Counted from the first letter of the whole stretch, positions 51,887-63,842 are shown. The stretch is DNA of 63,842 nucleotides, filler included, from Nemertoderma westbladi (GCA_032718475.1; 3 parts of 3 records of this genome joined end to end with filler, not necessarily neighbours in it), one strand, 5' to 3'. Notes: generated by a model from the sequence alone, not told the origin. Translations and numbers: made by a program.

Positions 51887-52584
51887 GACTTCGATGTGGC
51901 ATGCCTGGAAGGCACCACGTGAGACGTGCGAACTCCTAAATACAAATTCAAATAATTTAAATAATTGAAAAGTGCAATTAGTATGTATGTACGTAACAAT
52001 CATTAGTTTAGCAAGAAAATATAATCAAAGTAAATACTATAGTCATATAACCTTTTCCAATTAGCTACTGGGACTGGGGACCAATTGACTATGACAAACG
52101 AGACGTTGGACGACTTCACACTTCTTGAGTGCGACGGCACAGGGAGGGGGGTGAGACTCGTCAGGAGTAAGCGGGCTGAGATGGGGGTTGAGTGATAGCG
52201 CGGAGAGAGTGTGGATGCAATTCAAGTGTGGGGGGGGAGAGGCAAGAGGCAGAACAAGGGACAAGGAGGTCTGAGAGGTAGGGTGAGAGGGTGCTTAGAG
52301 TCAGTTAAGTGCGGGGTTAGAGTGGTGAAAGTGTTGGGGAAACAAAAGTTGTGTGAGAGAAGCGCACGATCGGCCCGACACGGGACGCCAGATGTCTTGG
52401 TACAAGATAGGTAAAGTTGTACCAAGACGGGGTAGCGATATCATACCCATAGGGAGCGGCCTGGAAAGCCGGCTCTGAAAAAATAGCTCCACCCCACACC
52501 CGATGGTAGATCGGGATCCAGCGGAATTGTAGCGCACTGAAGGTGGATGCTATCTTCTCACCGGGAAGATAGCATGGGGGGGAG

Positions 52585-53035
52585 TGTTAGCGAATTCAAT
52601 TCCGCTAACCACCCCACAAAGTTAGCTTTAAGCAATATTGTGAGCACGAGGTTGATTGCCAATCAACCTCGTACCACCCCAATAAACGGGGACGAGAAAC
52701 CCCAAAGGACACACACACAAAGGGGGTCAGAGGTTATACCTCCGAGAGAGAGAGAGTGATAGTAGTGAGGGGAGAACACTCACAGAGAGATGGGAGGGCG
52801 AGAATTAGGTTATCAGCCAATGGGGGGCAGGCATCCGCTGAGTAATATGGCCTAGGCTCTAGTACTCAACTATCACTTTATTGCCAACTGTGCTTATACT
52901 TTATTATATACATTAATACATACGTTACCAACAATGGTCAGAGCAACTCAATAATATCAGAACTCTTTTCACACACACGGCGGGGACGCGTAAACAAGAT
53001 AACCGGATAAATCGGGATTCTCGGATCCCGTCACA
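52585..53035 (+). repeat. 3' LTR
   Basis: TGTTAGCGAATT...GGATCCCGTCACA; preceded by the PPT. Confidence 0.95.
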
Positions 53036-54021
53036 CCAACACTGATGTCTCGCTGTGAACCAGTCTACACCAACACTAACGTACCTGAGTGTACCAGTCT
53101 ACACCAACACTGATGTCTCGCTGTGTACCAGTCTACACCAACACTAACGTACTGGAGTGTACCAGTCTACACCAACACTAATATCTCGCTGTGTACCAAT
53201 CTACACCAACACTGATGTTGTCTCGCCGTGTCAGTCTACACCAACACTAACGTCTCTCAGTGTACCAGTCTACACCAACACTAACGTCTTGCTGTGTACC
53301 AGTCTACACTAACACTAATGTCTCGCAGTGTACCAGTCTACACCAACACTAACGTCTATCAGTGTACCAGTCTACACCAATACTGATGTCTCACAGTGTA
53401 CCAGTCTACACCAATACTAACGTCTCGTAGTGTTCCACTCTACACCAACACTAACGTCACGGAGTTTTGGAAAATTGTAATTCCGTAACGTAATTCCGTA
53501 ACGTGAAAGTGTAATTCCGTAACGCAAATATCTCGACTTATATATTACATTGCCACAAAAGGAAAATAATTGTGTATTGCCCATCGGTTAGAGGAAGAGA
53601 ACTTAGAATTTGAATGTCACATGTTGAGTAGTTAAAAAGCTATTTTAAAAATGTCATGTTTTTGTTACGGAATTACAAAATTCGCAATAGCATTTTATTA
53701 TTTTTTCGAACGAAGTTGCTTTTTGTTCCAAAATTAATTTATTTAATTAAGTACAACCGAGGTTGAACTATCGCTCACACAGGTAATTAGACAGACTAGG
53801 ATTAATGTTATTTATAATGACTGTATTTTCGCCTTAATTGTAGGCAAAATTCGCACAGCAATTTTGGAAAATGTAACAAAAAATAACAGTAAATTTCAAT
53901 TTGCCAGTAGGACCCCACACATAACGGAATTTGCCTCCAATTTCTAATTTCAGATACTTTAGGATGTTAGGCATGAGATCCAATCATTAAAAATATGGGG
54001 GGGGGGGGGGGGGGGTGGTGG

Positions 54022-54546
54022 CTATATACATGGTTTGTCTGTTGTCATTAACCATAGGGCTGTCCTCAGCTCCGATGTGCACTGCGGTTTACGTGTACAC
54101 TCGCGGTAGTGTTCCTTAGCAGTTGCAGGGGTACCGCACATCCAACACACGCATTCATCTGAGGGTCTCCAGCAGTTTGTTTTTGTACATATTCGGTGGT
54201 GGCAGCCGTTCGATATAAGCAGCGCGGCAGAGCGACGACGAAATCCGGTTAGTCCAGTCAGGTATATTCCAGAATCCAGGGGGTTATCAATTGCATTGAG
54301 GATCGCTGTTGATGATGAGAACTTGCTAATTCCACACCACAACTTCCAGTAAAAAGCCCGAACGCGGCGAATATGGTCCAGTTGTGTGATTTCACTGTGC
54401 TGTGCGAATATGCTACAGCCATAGGATGTTGATGGCAGTATAGCTTGCCATATACGTTTTGCTGATTCGATCGATATTATACGCATATTCACCTTGGTAG
54501 CGATCATTACACAATTGGAGACTCCTTTTGAATATAAATACTGCAA
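54022..54546 (-). mobile_element. 3' fragment of a non-LTR retrotransposon ORF2 with a terminal Cys/His finger
   Basis: ILPSTSYGCSIF (P...YG post-RT motif)...HHRIC...CVCWMCG...EHYREC. Confidence 0.6.
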
Positions 54547-54844
54547 TATTCGTATTGAATAAAGTAATAAATTGGCCTTTGTTTTAAATATAATTTGCTA
54601 CAATTGATCAAATACCGGTAGGCCTACACAGTTCATAAATGCAAATCCCATATGTATGTCCCATATTCGGATGTGTCTCATATTTGGTGAATGAGGGAAG
54701 GCGACCCCAACAGTAACCAGTTGATTTTTTAAGTCCGAGTAGCGAGACCTCTAGTACTGTAGTATTCACTCCGTTGTTGTTGTTGTTGTTGGTGTTGTTT
54801 TTGTTAATTTCTCGTTAGGTTTTGGTATTAAGGATTGATACGGC

Positions 54845-54930
54845 CCCTCCCAGTGGCTTAGTTGGCAGAGCGTGGGACTTGGAATCTCTAGGTGCCGACG
54901 TGCCGTGTTCAATCCCCCTATTCCGGTGAA
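54845..54930 (+). pseudogene. tRNA-like sequence (SINE head or pseudo-tRNA)
   Basis: TGGCTTAGTTGGCAGAGCG A box, CTTGGAA loop, GTTCAATCCC B box, T-run downstream; stems poorly paired. Confidence 0.45.
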
Positions 54931-55289
54931 TGTTTTTTTGTTGTAAGATTTGTAGTAACAGTAAGCCATTCAAGGAGACAGTTCATGCGTAGACGCGGAC
55001 CTTTGCGCGATTTCGCGCTTGTTATCCTTAGCTTATAGTTATACCAGCGGACGAGTTATGCCGGTATGACTTGACTATGACAAACTACTGAACTACAGAA
55101 GTAGTAACTACTCTGCTACCAGCTGACCGGTACTGAACTACGGTTGCGGGGGTTGGCCTATATCTGTACATAACTCAGTAACTACAATTTAGACACAGGA
55201 CACAACACACCACACTCCGTTCTGCAGCAGTGCAGCAGTGCCTCACTCAGTCAGTCAGTCACTGCTTGCCTGCGTCCGCTATCACCATC

Positions 55290-56417
55290 ATGGCCACTAT
55301 GAGGGTCTTACATCCCCATACGTACTGGTCCCAACGCGACACAACCATCACATTGCGAGTCGACGTGGCTTCCTCGGAGAACGTAATCGTTGAATTCGAC
55401 GAAAAAACCGTGTCGTTCTTCGGTTCAATCGAAAATGATTCCAGCAAGGAATACGCATTCGAATTGAACCTGTACGGCGGCGTAAAGAAAGAGGAGTGCG
55501 ACTACCGTATAAACCCGCGCAATATCGATATCGTTGTAGTTAAGGATTCCACGGGATACTGGCCGCGGTTGACGGAGAATCATAAGAATCCGCCCTGGTT
55601 GAGGCTCGATTTCGACCGCTGGAAAGACGAATTTGACAGCGAAGAAGAAGGAGGTATAAGCGATTATAAAGTTGGCGACATTCCCGAGGATGTTATGAAT
55701 AAACTTCTAAAGAAATCGCCAAAATCGCGGTCATTTGGTGTAGAGTTTCGAATTATGTATATATTCGCGTATAACATGGCGATGTTTGCGGTATTTGCAT
55801 TTGTTTTTATAAATCTTTTGTTTGGGTTTCGGGGTTTAAACAAAGAGAGCATGGCAGCGAATTTAAACATAGTTCATCCGGTTATTAAGTTTCTTACCTT
55901 AGCCTCTCTACTGGAGATTGTCCATGTGGGCTGTGGAGTCGTTAAGGCCGGTCTGATCCCAACCTGTCTCCAGTGTCTTGGACGTTGCGTTATCGCCCAT
56001 ATCGTAATCGGGTTTGGTCCTGATTTTCTGAGGACCGAACAGCTAGTGTACCACTTGTACTTCGTCTGGAGTTGCGTTGAGGTGGTCCGCTACCCGCACT
56101 ATATGTTCCACGTGTTGAATTACAATATCTACCCGTTGGTTTGGCTGAGATACAACACCTGGATCGGTTTGTACCCGACCGGATTCCTCCTCGAGTCAGT
56201 GATTATTCTTATGGCTCTTCCCCACTTCGATGCCCCCGTGGGTTCTCTCATCTTTGGTATCGATCGCTCCGTTTTCGTCGGTTACGCTCTCAGGGTTTAT
56301 TTGTTTGTTTTCGTTGTCGGTTGTGGAATCCTACTGCGCCACATGTGGCGACAGCGGAAACGCAAACTCAAACAATCCAGGGACTTCTACTCAACCAAAA
56401 AATCTAAGATGCGCTAA
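55290..56417 (+). CDS. HACD3: Very-long-chain 3-hydroxyacyl-CoA dehydratase 3 (PTPLAD1), intronless, ~375 aa
   Basis: N-terminal CS/p23 domain (PHTYWSQR...YWPRL...PPWLRLDFDRWKDE) followed by a PTPLA membrane domain (YIFAYN, LEIVH, WSCVEVVRYP, WLRYNTWIGLYPTGFLLE with catalytic Y and E); C-terminal KxKxx ER-retrieval signal. Confidence 0.95.
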   Translation: MATMRVLHPHTYWSQRDTTITLRVDVASSENVIVEFDEKTVSFFGSIENDSSKEYAFELNLYGGVKKEECDYRINPRNIDIVVVKDSTGYWPRLTENHKNPPWLRLDFDRWKDEFDSEEEGGISDYKVGDIPEDVMNKLLKKSPKSRSFGVEFRIMYIFAYNMAMFAVFAFVFINLLFGFRGLNKESMAANLNIVHPVIKFLTLASLLEIVHVGCGVVKAGLIPTCLQCLGRCVIAHIVIGFGPDFLRTEQLVYHLYFVWSCVEVVRYPHYMFHVLNYNIYPLVWLRYNTWIGLYPTGFLLESVIILMALPHFDAPVGSLIFGIDRSVFVGYALRVYLFVFVVGCGILLRHMWRQRKRKLKQSRDFYSTKKSKMR

Positions 56418-57781
56418 TAATTGCTGGAGGAAGATCATTTAGTTGATAAATTATTATTTTCGTTTATAAAGATGGATATGGATTGGATGTTTTATTGTCT
56501 CGTTTCTGAACTGAATATTAACTAAACTCTGCGAAAGCGTCGTAAAGTTTTACGAAGTTCATTAATATAATTTATTGTATAAATTCTAAACTGTTAAAAA
56601 CAAATAATATAAATTTAAAATTTAGCACAAGACTAAAGTCATAGATAATTAATTAAACACAATTTATGAAATTGTTAGTGTAATGTGTAACCCCTTACCG
56701 GGTTGTTTATGACCCTTATTTAAACACTTTCCCATGCAGTATCTTTCATCCATACTACATTGCTCACAAAACATCACATACCACACATACGCACATTGGT
56801 AAATGTTCCACATTTAATAAACATTGTTCAATTGATGTCCCTCTATTTGTTTAATCTATTTCTTTTGCAATTCTCGCCTGTAATTAATAATGTTTTAGCA
56901 ATATATTGTTCATTTTATTATTGTTTTATTTTGTGGGACCACGAGACACACATTGCTTGAAACCTTTATGTGAATGTGAATATGTGTGTATATATGTGAA
57001 TTATGTCGATATGTCATCCACCTCCATCGAATATAATATTGCTAAGCAGCTCAATGAACCTTTGAAGGCTGATTATTGTACTTTACTACTGCACTATGTG
57101 TACCACTATCTCAATCGGCGTGTCTGTAGATCTTTTAGTTCTGTTAAGTCCGTGTATTTAAATGCTAAGAACTCAGCTAATCCTCGATGAAATCTAACGA
57201 AACTTGGTACACATGTTGTTTGGCAAACGTTTATACATTTTCCAAGTAGAATTTGCGTGGGGCCTTCACGACGCTCGGCATAGAAGTTGTAGTAGTAGTA
57301 GCAGCGCCATACATTAGCTACGAATTTACATTCAAACTCATACTTCCGCGCCGCGGCTTCTTGAGGATTCATATCTAGAGTGTATTAGCGAGCTGATATG
57401 ACATGAGGTATTACTGAGGAGAGAGAGGTATGTCTGTGTACATTAATTATTAGCCTCAATGATGTGCTCCAAATTTGTGCACTCTGCGCTATATTTGTAA
57501 CCCAGTATTGCAAACGTAATGCTTATTCCTTATATTTTTATATTTTCGGGCTTAGTTTTTCCTTATTTATATTGCATAGGAAAATTAAATACCTCTTCGT
57601 GTTAATTTATCCTTGTTGCTATGCAAAACATCTGTTGTTCCTTGTTAAGTTAAATGGTGTTCTAGAAAAATGCTCAATGCTGACTATGTGAAATATAACA
57701 TAATTTCAAGTGTCTTATACAAGTGAACACTTTCAGGAAAATAACTACAGTCATACCCAATTTGAACGGTTGTCACCATAC

Positions 57782-58400
57782 TGTGGGGCGAGCCACGAAG
57801 TGAGTGAGCCTTAGCGTAGTGGTACCATTAATCAACCTGTCGTTCTGTCGTGTTCAATTTTAAACGTTAATAACTCGGCCAATCTTTGATGAAATCTATC
57901 CAAACTTGGTACACATGTTGTTTGGCAAAAGTTTAGAAATTTTCCAAGTAGAATTTCAGTGTGGCCTTCGAGAAGCTAAGATAATAGCAGTTAATTAGTT
58001 AATTAAGTTATTACGGTAAAAACACCATTTTCAACCTGCCTTTTAAAGGAAATTAATTGTTTTACAGTATAAGATTTAAATAATTATAATTAAAAATTAT
58101 ACAGATGTAATCCCCATACGCCATTCTATTATAGTTTTTAATTAGTTCAAGTGATTTGCTTTAATAATTGTGTCTTTAATTGATCTAAAGTAATTAAAAC
58201 GGCAAAAAAAATTTATTCTCATTAAATACTGCTCATTTATTGGCCAACATGCTGGTACACGTTCGTGGGGCCTTCGCGCAGCACGAGGCCCAGTTATGAG
58301 ATACAAATTAAAATTGAGCGACTGTATCACAAAATCAGGTTTTGAGAAATTTACCCACACCACCAATCAATCAAAGAAAGGGGGGCAGTACGTGTTCACT
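57782..58400. mobile_element. Rearranged Helentron/DINE-like copy: inverted 3' part (57782-58258) fused to forward 5' part (58257-58400)
   Basis: 57782-58200 is the reverse complement of ~39580-40007; 58080-58258 is the reverse complement of 63672-63842; 58257-58400 matches 62589 onward. Confidence 0.75.
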
Positions 58401-58653
58401 AAGTTCAGTCAGTTCGAACACCACACCCTTTACCCTTGAATACATTAAATTTACTCCAAGTTAAGTTTATAATACTCTTGTGGTTTTACATCAATAATTA
58501 TTATATTGAAGAATGTTCTATTAAAAAGCATAATGTATTAATGTATACAATACAATATGTTATACTTAATTGTCATTCCCTGGTTGAGAAATATATTCAA
58601 ATGCATGTCTTAAATAATATTTATTAGAAAGATAATAATTAATAATTTTGATA

Positions 58654-61600
58654 TAAAGTTTTATTGGTTTGCTGCGTCTTTCGGTTTGTGTGCGCGCCTT
58701 GTATCTGTTCGTCTTTGAATAGTAAAGTTTTATTGGTTTGCTGCGTCTTTCGGTTTGTGTGCGCGCCTTGTATCTGTTCGTCTGTGAATAGTAAAGTTTT
58801 ATTGGTTTGCTGCGTCTTTCGGTTTGTGTGCGTGCCTTGTATCTGTTCGTCTGTGAATAGTAAAGTTTTATTGGTTTGCTGCGTCTTTCGGTTTGTGTGC
58901 GTGCCTTGCATCTGTTCGTCTTTGAATAGAAAAGTTTTATTGGTTTGCTGCGTCTTTCGGTTTGTGTGCGTGCCTTGCATCTGTTCGTCTTTGAATAGTA
59001 AAGTTTTATTGGTTTGCTGCGTCTTTCGGTTTGTGTGCGTGCCTTGCATCTGTTCGTCTTTGAATAGTAAAGTTTTATTGGTTTGCTGCGTCTTTCGGTT
59101 TGTGTGCGTGCCTTGCATCTGTTCGTCTTTGAATAGTAAAGTTTTATTGGTTTGCTGCGTCTTTCGGTTTGTGTGCGTGCCTTGCATCTGTTCGTCTTTG
59201 AATAGAAAAGTTTTATTGGTTTGCTGCGTCTTTCGGTTTGTGTGCGTGCCTTGCATCTGTTCGTCTTTGAATATAAAAGTTTTATTGGTTTGCTGCGTCT
59301 TTCGGTTTGTGTGCGTGCCTTGCATCTGTTCGTCTTTGAATATAAAAGTTTTATTGGTTTGCTGCGTCTTTCGGTTTGTGTGCGTGCCTTGCATCTGTTC
59401 GTCTTTGAATAGAAAAGTTTTATTGGTTTGCTGCGTCTTTCGGTTTGTGTGCGCGTCTTGCATCTGTTCGTCTTTGAATAGTAAAGTTTTATTGGTTTGC
59501 TGCGTCTTTCGGTTTGTGTGCGCGCCTTGCATCTGTTCGACTGTGAATAGTAAAGTTTTATTGGTTTGCTGCGTCTTTCGGTTTGTGTGCGTGCGTGCCT
59601 TGCATCTGTTCGTCTTTGAATATAAAAGTTTTATTGGTTTGCTGCGTCTTTCGGTTTGTGTGCGTGCCTTGCATCTGTTCGTCTTTGAATAGAAAAGTTT
59701 TATTGGTTTGCTGCGTCTTTTGGTTTGTGTGCGCGCCTTGCATCTGTTCGTCTTTGAATATAAAAGTTTTATTGGTTTGCTGCGTCTTTCGGTTTGTGTG
59801 CGTGCCTTGCATCTGTTCGTCTTTGAATATAAAAGTTTTATTGGTTTGCTGCGTCTTTCGGTTTGTGTGCGCGCCTTGCATCTGTTCGTCTGTGAATAGT
59901 AAAGTTTTATTGGTTTGCTGCGTCTTTCGGTTTGTGTGCGTGCGTGCCTTGCATCTGTTCGTCTTTGAATATAAAAGTTTTATTGGTTTGCTGCGTCTTT
60001 CGGTTTGTGTGCGTGCCTTGCATCTGTTCGTCTTTGAATATAAAAGTTTTATTGGTTTGCTGCGTCTTTCGGTTTGTGTGCGTGCCTTGCATCTGTTCGT
60101 CTTTGAATAGAAAAGTTTTATTGGTTTGCTGCGTCTTTCGGTTTGTGTGCGCGCCTTGCATCTGTTCGTCTGTGAATAGTAAAGTTTTATTGGTTTGCTG
60201 CGTCTTTCGGTTTGTGTGCGTGCGTGCCTTGCATCTGTTCGTCTTTGAATATAAAAGTTTTATTGGTTTGCTGCATCTTTCGGTTTGTGTGCGTGCCTTG
60301 CATCTGTTCGTCTTTGAATAGTAAAGTTTTATTGGTTTGCTGCGTCTTTCGGTTTGTGTGCGTGCGTGCCTTGCATCTGTTCGTCTTGGAATATAAAAGT
60401 TTTATTGGTTTGCTGCGTCTTTCGGTTTGTGTGCGTGCCTTGCATCTGTTCGTCTGTGAATAGTAAAGTTTTATTGGTTTGCTGCGTCTTTCGGTTTGTG
60501 TGCGTGCGTGCCTTGCATCTGTTCGTCTTTGAATATAAAAGTTTTATTGGTTTGCTGCGTCTTTCGGTTTGTGTGCGTGCCTTGCATCTGTTCGTCTTTG
60601 AATATAAAAGTTTTATTGGTTTGCTGCGTCTTTCGGTTTGTGTGCGCGCCTTGCATCTGTTCGTCTGTGAATAGTAAAGTTTTATTGGTTTGCTGCGTCT
60701 TTCGGTTTGTGTGCGTGCGTGCCTTGCATCTGTTCGTCTTTGAATATAAAAGTTTTACTGGTTTGCTGCGTCTTTCGGTTTGTGTGCGTGCCTTGCATCT
60801 GTTCGTCTTTGAATATAAAAGTTTTATTGGTTTGCTGCGTCTTTCGGTTTGTGTGCGCGCCTTGCATCTGTTCGTCTGTGAATAGTAAAGTTTTATTGGT
60901 TTGCTGCGTCTTTCGGTTTGTGTGCGTGCGTGCCTTGCATCTGTTCGTCTTTGAATATAAAAGTTTTATTGGTTTGCTGCGTCTTTCGGTTTGTGTGCGC
61001 GCCTTGCATCTGTTCGACTGTGAATAGTAAAGTTTTATTGGTTTGCTGCGTCTTTCGGTTTGTGTGCGTGCGTGCCTTGCATCTGTTCGTCTTTGAATAT
61101 AAAAGTTTTATTGGTTTGCTGCGTCTTTCGGTTTGTGTGCGTGCCTTGCATCTGTTCGTCTTTGAATAGAAAAGTTTTATTGGTTTGCTGCGTCTTTTGG
61201 TTTGTGTGCGCGCCTTACATCTGTTCGTCTTTGAATATAAAAGTTTTATTGGTTTGCTGCGTCTTTCGGTTTGTGTGCGTGCCTTGCATCTGTTCGTCTT
61301 TGAATATAAAAGTTTTATTGGTTTGCTGCGTCTTTCGGTTTGTGTGCGCGCCTTGCATCTGTTCGTCTGTGAATAGTAAAGTTTTATTGGTTTGCTGCGT
61401 CTTTCGGTTTGTGTGCGTGCGTGCCTTGCATCTGTTCGTCTTTGAATATAAAAGTTTTATTGGTTTGCTGCGTCTTTCGGTTTGTGTGCGTGCCTTGCAT
61501 CTGTTCGTCTTTGAATAGAAAAGTTTTATTGGTTTGCTGTGTCTTTCGGTTTATGTGCGCGCCTTGCATCTGTTCGTCTGTGAATAGTAAAGTTTTATTG

Positions 61601-62084
61601 GTTTGCTGCGTCTTTCGGTTTGTGTGCGTGCCTTGCATCTGTTCGTCTTTGAATATAAAAGTTTTATTGGTTTGCTGCGTCTTTCGGTTTGTGTGCGTGC
61701 CTTGCATCTGTTCGTCTTTGAATAGAAAAGTTTTATTGGTTTGCTGCGTCTTTCGGTTTGTGTGCGCGCCTTGCATCTGTTTGTCTGTGAATAGTAAAGT
61801 TTTATTGGTTTGCTGCGTCTTTCGGTTTGTGTGCGTGCCTTGCATCTGTTCGTCTTTGAATATAAAAGTTTTATTGGTTTGCTGCGTCTTTCGGATTGTG
61901 TGCGTGCGTGCCTTGCATCTGTTCGTCTTTGAATATAAAAGTTTTATTGGTTTGCTGCGTCTTTCGGTTTGTGTGCGTGCCTGGCATCTGTTCGTCTTTG
62001 AATAGAAAAGTTTTATTGGTTTGCTGCGTCTTTCGGTTTGTGTGCGCGCCTTGCATCTGTTCGTCTTTGAATAGAAAAGTTTTA
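58654..62084. repeat. 69-bp satellite array (with 73-bp +GTGC variants)
   Basis: Unit AAAGTTTTATTGGTTTGCTGCGTCTTTCGGTTTGTGTGCGTGCCTTGCATCTGTTCGTCTTTGAATAGT repeated about 49 times. Confidence 0.97.
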
Positions 62085-62588
62085 TCGGTATCTGGAAATT
62101 TGATCAACGTTGATAACACACAGTTTGCGGGCCTCATCTCCTCCCGCAAAGGCACTTTAATCAACTATAAATGGATGGATGGGGTTAGTAAAGGTTACTG
62201 CAGACGCTAAGCTTATCGGCGTGAAAGTGATAGTCCGGAAGCCGGGATCAGGGAAACTTTAACATACACCAGCAAGGTAGAAATAGGTAACTGTCTGTGC
62301 GCGCAATCACCACCCAGAAAAAGAAAACAAACACGAAAACGATAAATCATTCAGTAACTAAGTAAGCAACTAATAAGTAACTAATAAGCGAACTAAATCT
62401 ACTTACATTTTCCAAATATTCCAGAATATTACAACCAGAGCCGCCATGGCTACAACTCCACACAAGCCACTTATCTTGCACAACATACATACAACATTCC
62501 TTAAAAGATGGAACTTTTGTTATATAAGTTATCAAATATTTTTCAGCAATAATTTTTATTAACACTATCACAACATTTAGTCAAGTAG

Positions 62589-63842
62589 ACACGTTCGTGG
62601 GGCCTTCGCGCAGCACGAGGCCCAGTTATGAGATACAAATTAAAATTGAGCGACTGTATCACAAAATCAGGTTTTGAGAAATTTACCCACACCACCAATC
62701 AATCAAAGAAAGGGGGACAGTACGTGTTCACCCCTTTTAATCCCCCCCCCCCCCCCACCCTTCCCAACCACCAATACATAACCGCGACATCTACCACCCA
62801 CGGAAGGGTAGCACGAACTTATTTCCAATCGCACGTTCAATATGCAAAGCCAGGTGGTTTATAGGAATATAATAAACGCAGTACTCGTATTCATTATAAG
62901 CCTCGTTGCGTTCGTCCTGTTTTGTATTTAAATATATTTCTTAAACGCAGGCTAGGACGTTCTTTATAATAATAATAACTAGGGATGCGATCAATATGTG
63001 AAGCCAGGTGGTTTATATAATAATTTAGTCAACGCAGTACTCGTCTTCATTATATGCCTCGTTGCGCTCGTCGCTTGTCCTGTTTTATTATAAAATATTT
63101 TTCCTAAACGCAGACTGACGATCTTTATACAGTTATAACTATGCGAAGTTTCGAAACTGTGCGAGTAACTGTTGATACATCTATGTGGATATGTGTGATA
63201 TGTGGAGATGTGTGATACAACGCCAACGCATCTTATGCCGATGTAGTAATATGGGTATTGAAATAATATTAAATTAATGTACACTCTTAAAGCTGCAGCG
63301 AAAAAATGTAGCTAATTTCCTAGGTTACATATAAAATAATAATATTATTTTTAAGAACATTAATTTTACTACTTTGCAAAAATTCAATTAAAAAATAACC
63401 AGACATATACATTGTGGAATAAACTATTTCAGAAGCCTACACAACAGCCATGCCATGGATAGTATTTATGTTATGATATCTGTCATTCACCTGAGATAGC
63501 AATACAACATTTATAGTGAATTTAAAGAATGCTGTCTGGGCTGGAATAGCAATACTGGTTGTCTATTACTATTCCTCTCTGGTTAGTCTTAGCAACAACT
63601 CCCAGCCAGCAGCAGAGACTTGACCAATAATCATTCCCAGCAACTGGGAATGACACACACATCCCATCTATGTACCAGCATGTTGGCCAATAAATGAGCA
63701 GTATTTAATGAGAATAAATTTTTTTTGCCGTTTTAATTACTTTAGATCAATTAAAGACACACTTATTAAAGCAAATCACTTGAACTAATTAAAAACTATA
63801 ATAGAATGGCGTATGGGGATTACATCTGTATAATTTTTAATT
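62589..63842 (+). mobile_element. Helentron/DINE-like dispersed repeat, running off the window end
   Basis: Near-identical to 38462-39700. Confidence 0.75.

Larger units (their letters stand above)
49182..53035 (+). mobile_element. Non-autonomous (pol-less) LTR retroelement, 3854 bp
   Basis: Two 451-bp LTRs (TGT...ACA) with ~7 differences by eye; 5-bp TSD TCAAC/CCAAC; polypurine tract GGGAAGATAGCATGGGGGGGAG before the 3' LTR; GC-rich interior with two ORFs and no protease/RT/RNase H/integrase motifs. Confidence 0.92.
48530..53460. repeat. 34-bp satellite (CCAGTCTACACCAACACTAACGTCTCGCAGTGTA) split by the LTR element
   Basis: Tandem units at 48530-49181 continue in register at 53036-53460. 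Confidence 0.95.

Noticed and set aside
53475-53935. GTAATTCCGTAAC direct and inverted motifs
   Set aside because: Probably a MITE remnant, but ends and TSD could not be defined.
55230-55289. N-terminal extension of HACD3 from GTG at 55230
   Set aside because: Eukaryotic gene; the ATG at 55290 has good context and matches the start of homology.
58639-62210. Cys-rich and QQTNK-repeat ORFs
   Set aside because: Artefacts of the 69-bp satellite; frames are broken by +4 variants.

Overview
AT-rich, repeat-dense metazoan (invertebrate-like) genomic DNA made of three contigs joined by 100-nt N spacers that carry a TTAATTAATTAA linker (17968-18067, 46556-46655), so order across the spacers is not informative. 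Contig 1 has a PHD-APE-RT CR1-type LINE (-), the first four coding exons of Nup214 (+), a 36-bp intronic minisatellite interrupted by a truncated RTE LINE, and an internally deleted Zator-like DNA transposon. Contig 2 has part of a large minus-strand gene of unknown identity, with a 3.3-kb low-complexity exon, a frame-restoring 22-nt microexon and RxLP motifs. Its introns hold LINE remnants (RTE, L2, unclassified), tRNA-derived SINEs, a Sola-like element and Helentron-like repeats. Contig 3 has a G-rich 21-bp array, a 34-bp satellite, an intronless HACD3/PTPLAD1 gene and a 69-bp satellite. The most unusual object sits inside the 34-bp satellite: a young 3.85-kb LTR element with 451-bp LTRs and no pol. 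It encodes a DEDDy/WRN-type 3'-5' exonuclease-like domain plus a triple CCHC zinc-knuckle ORF, and it lacks a tRNA-type PBS but has a possible self-priming site. All calls come from reading the sequence and recalling family motifs; no searches were run.
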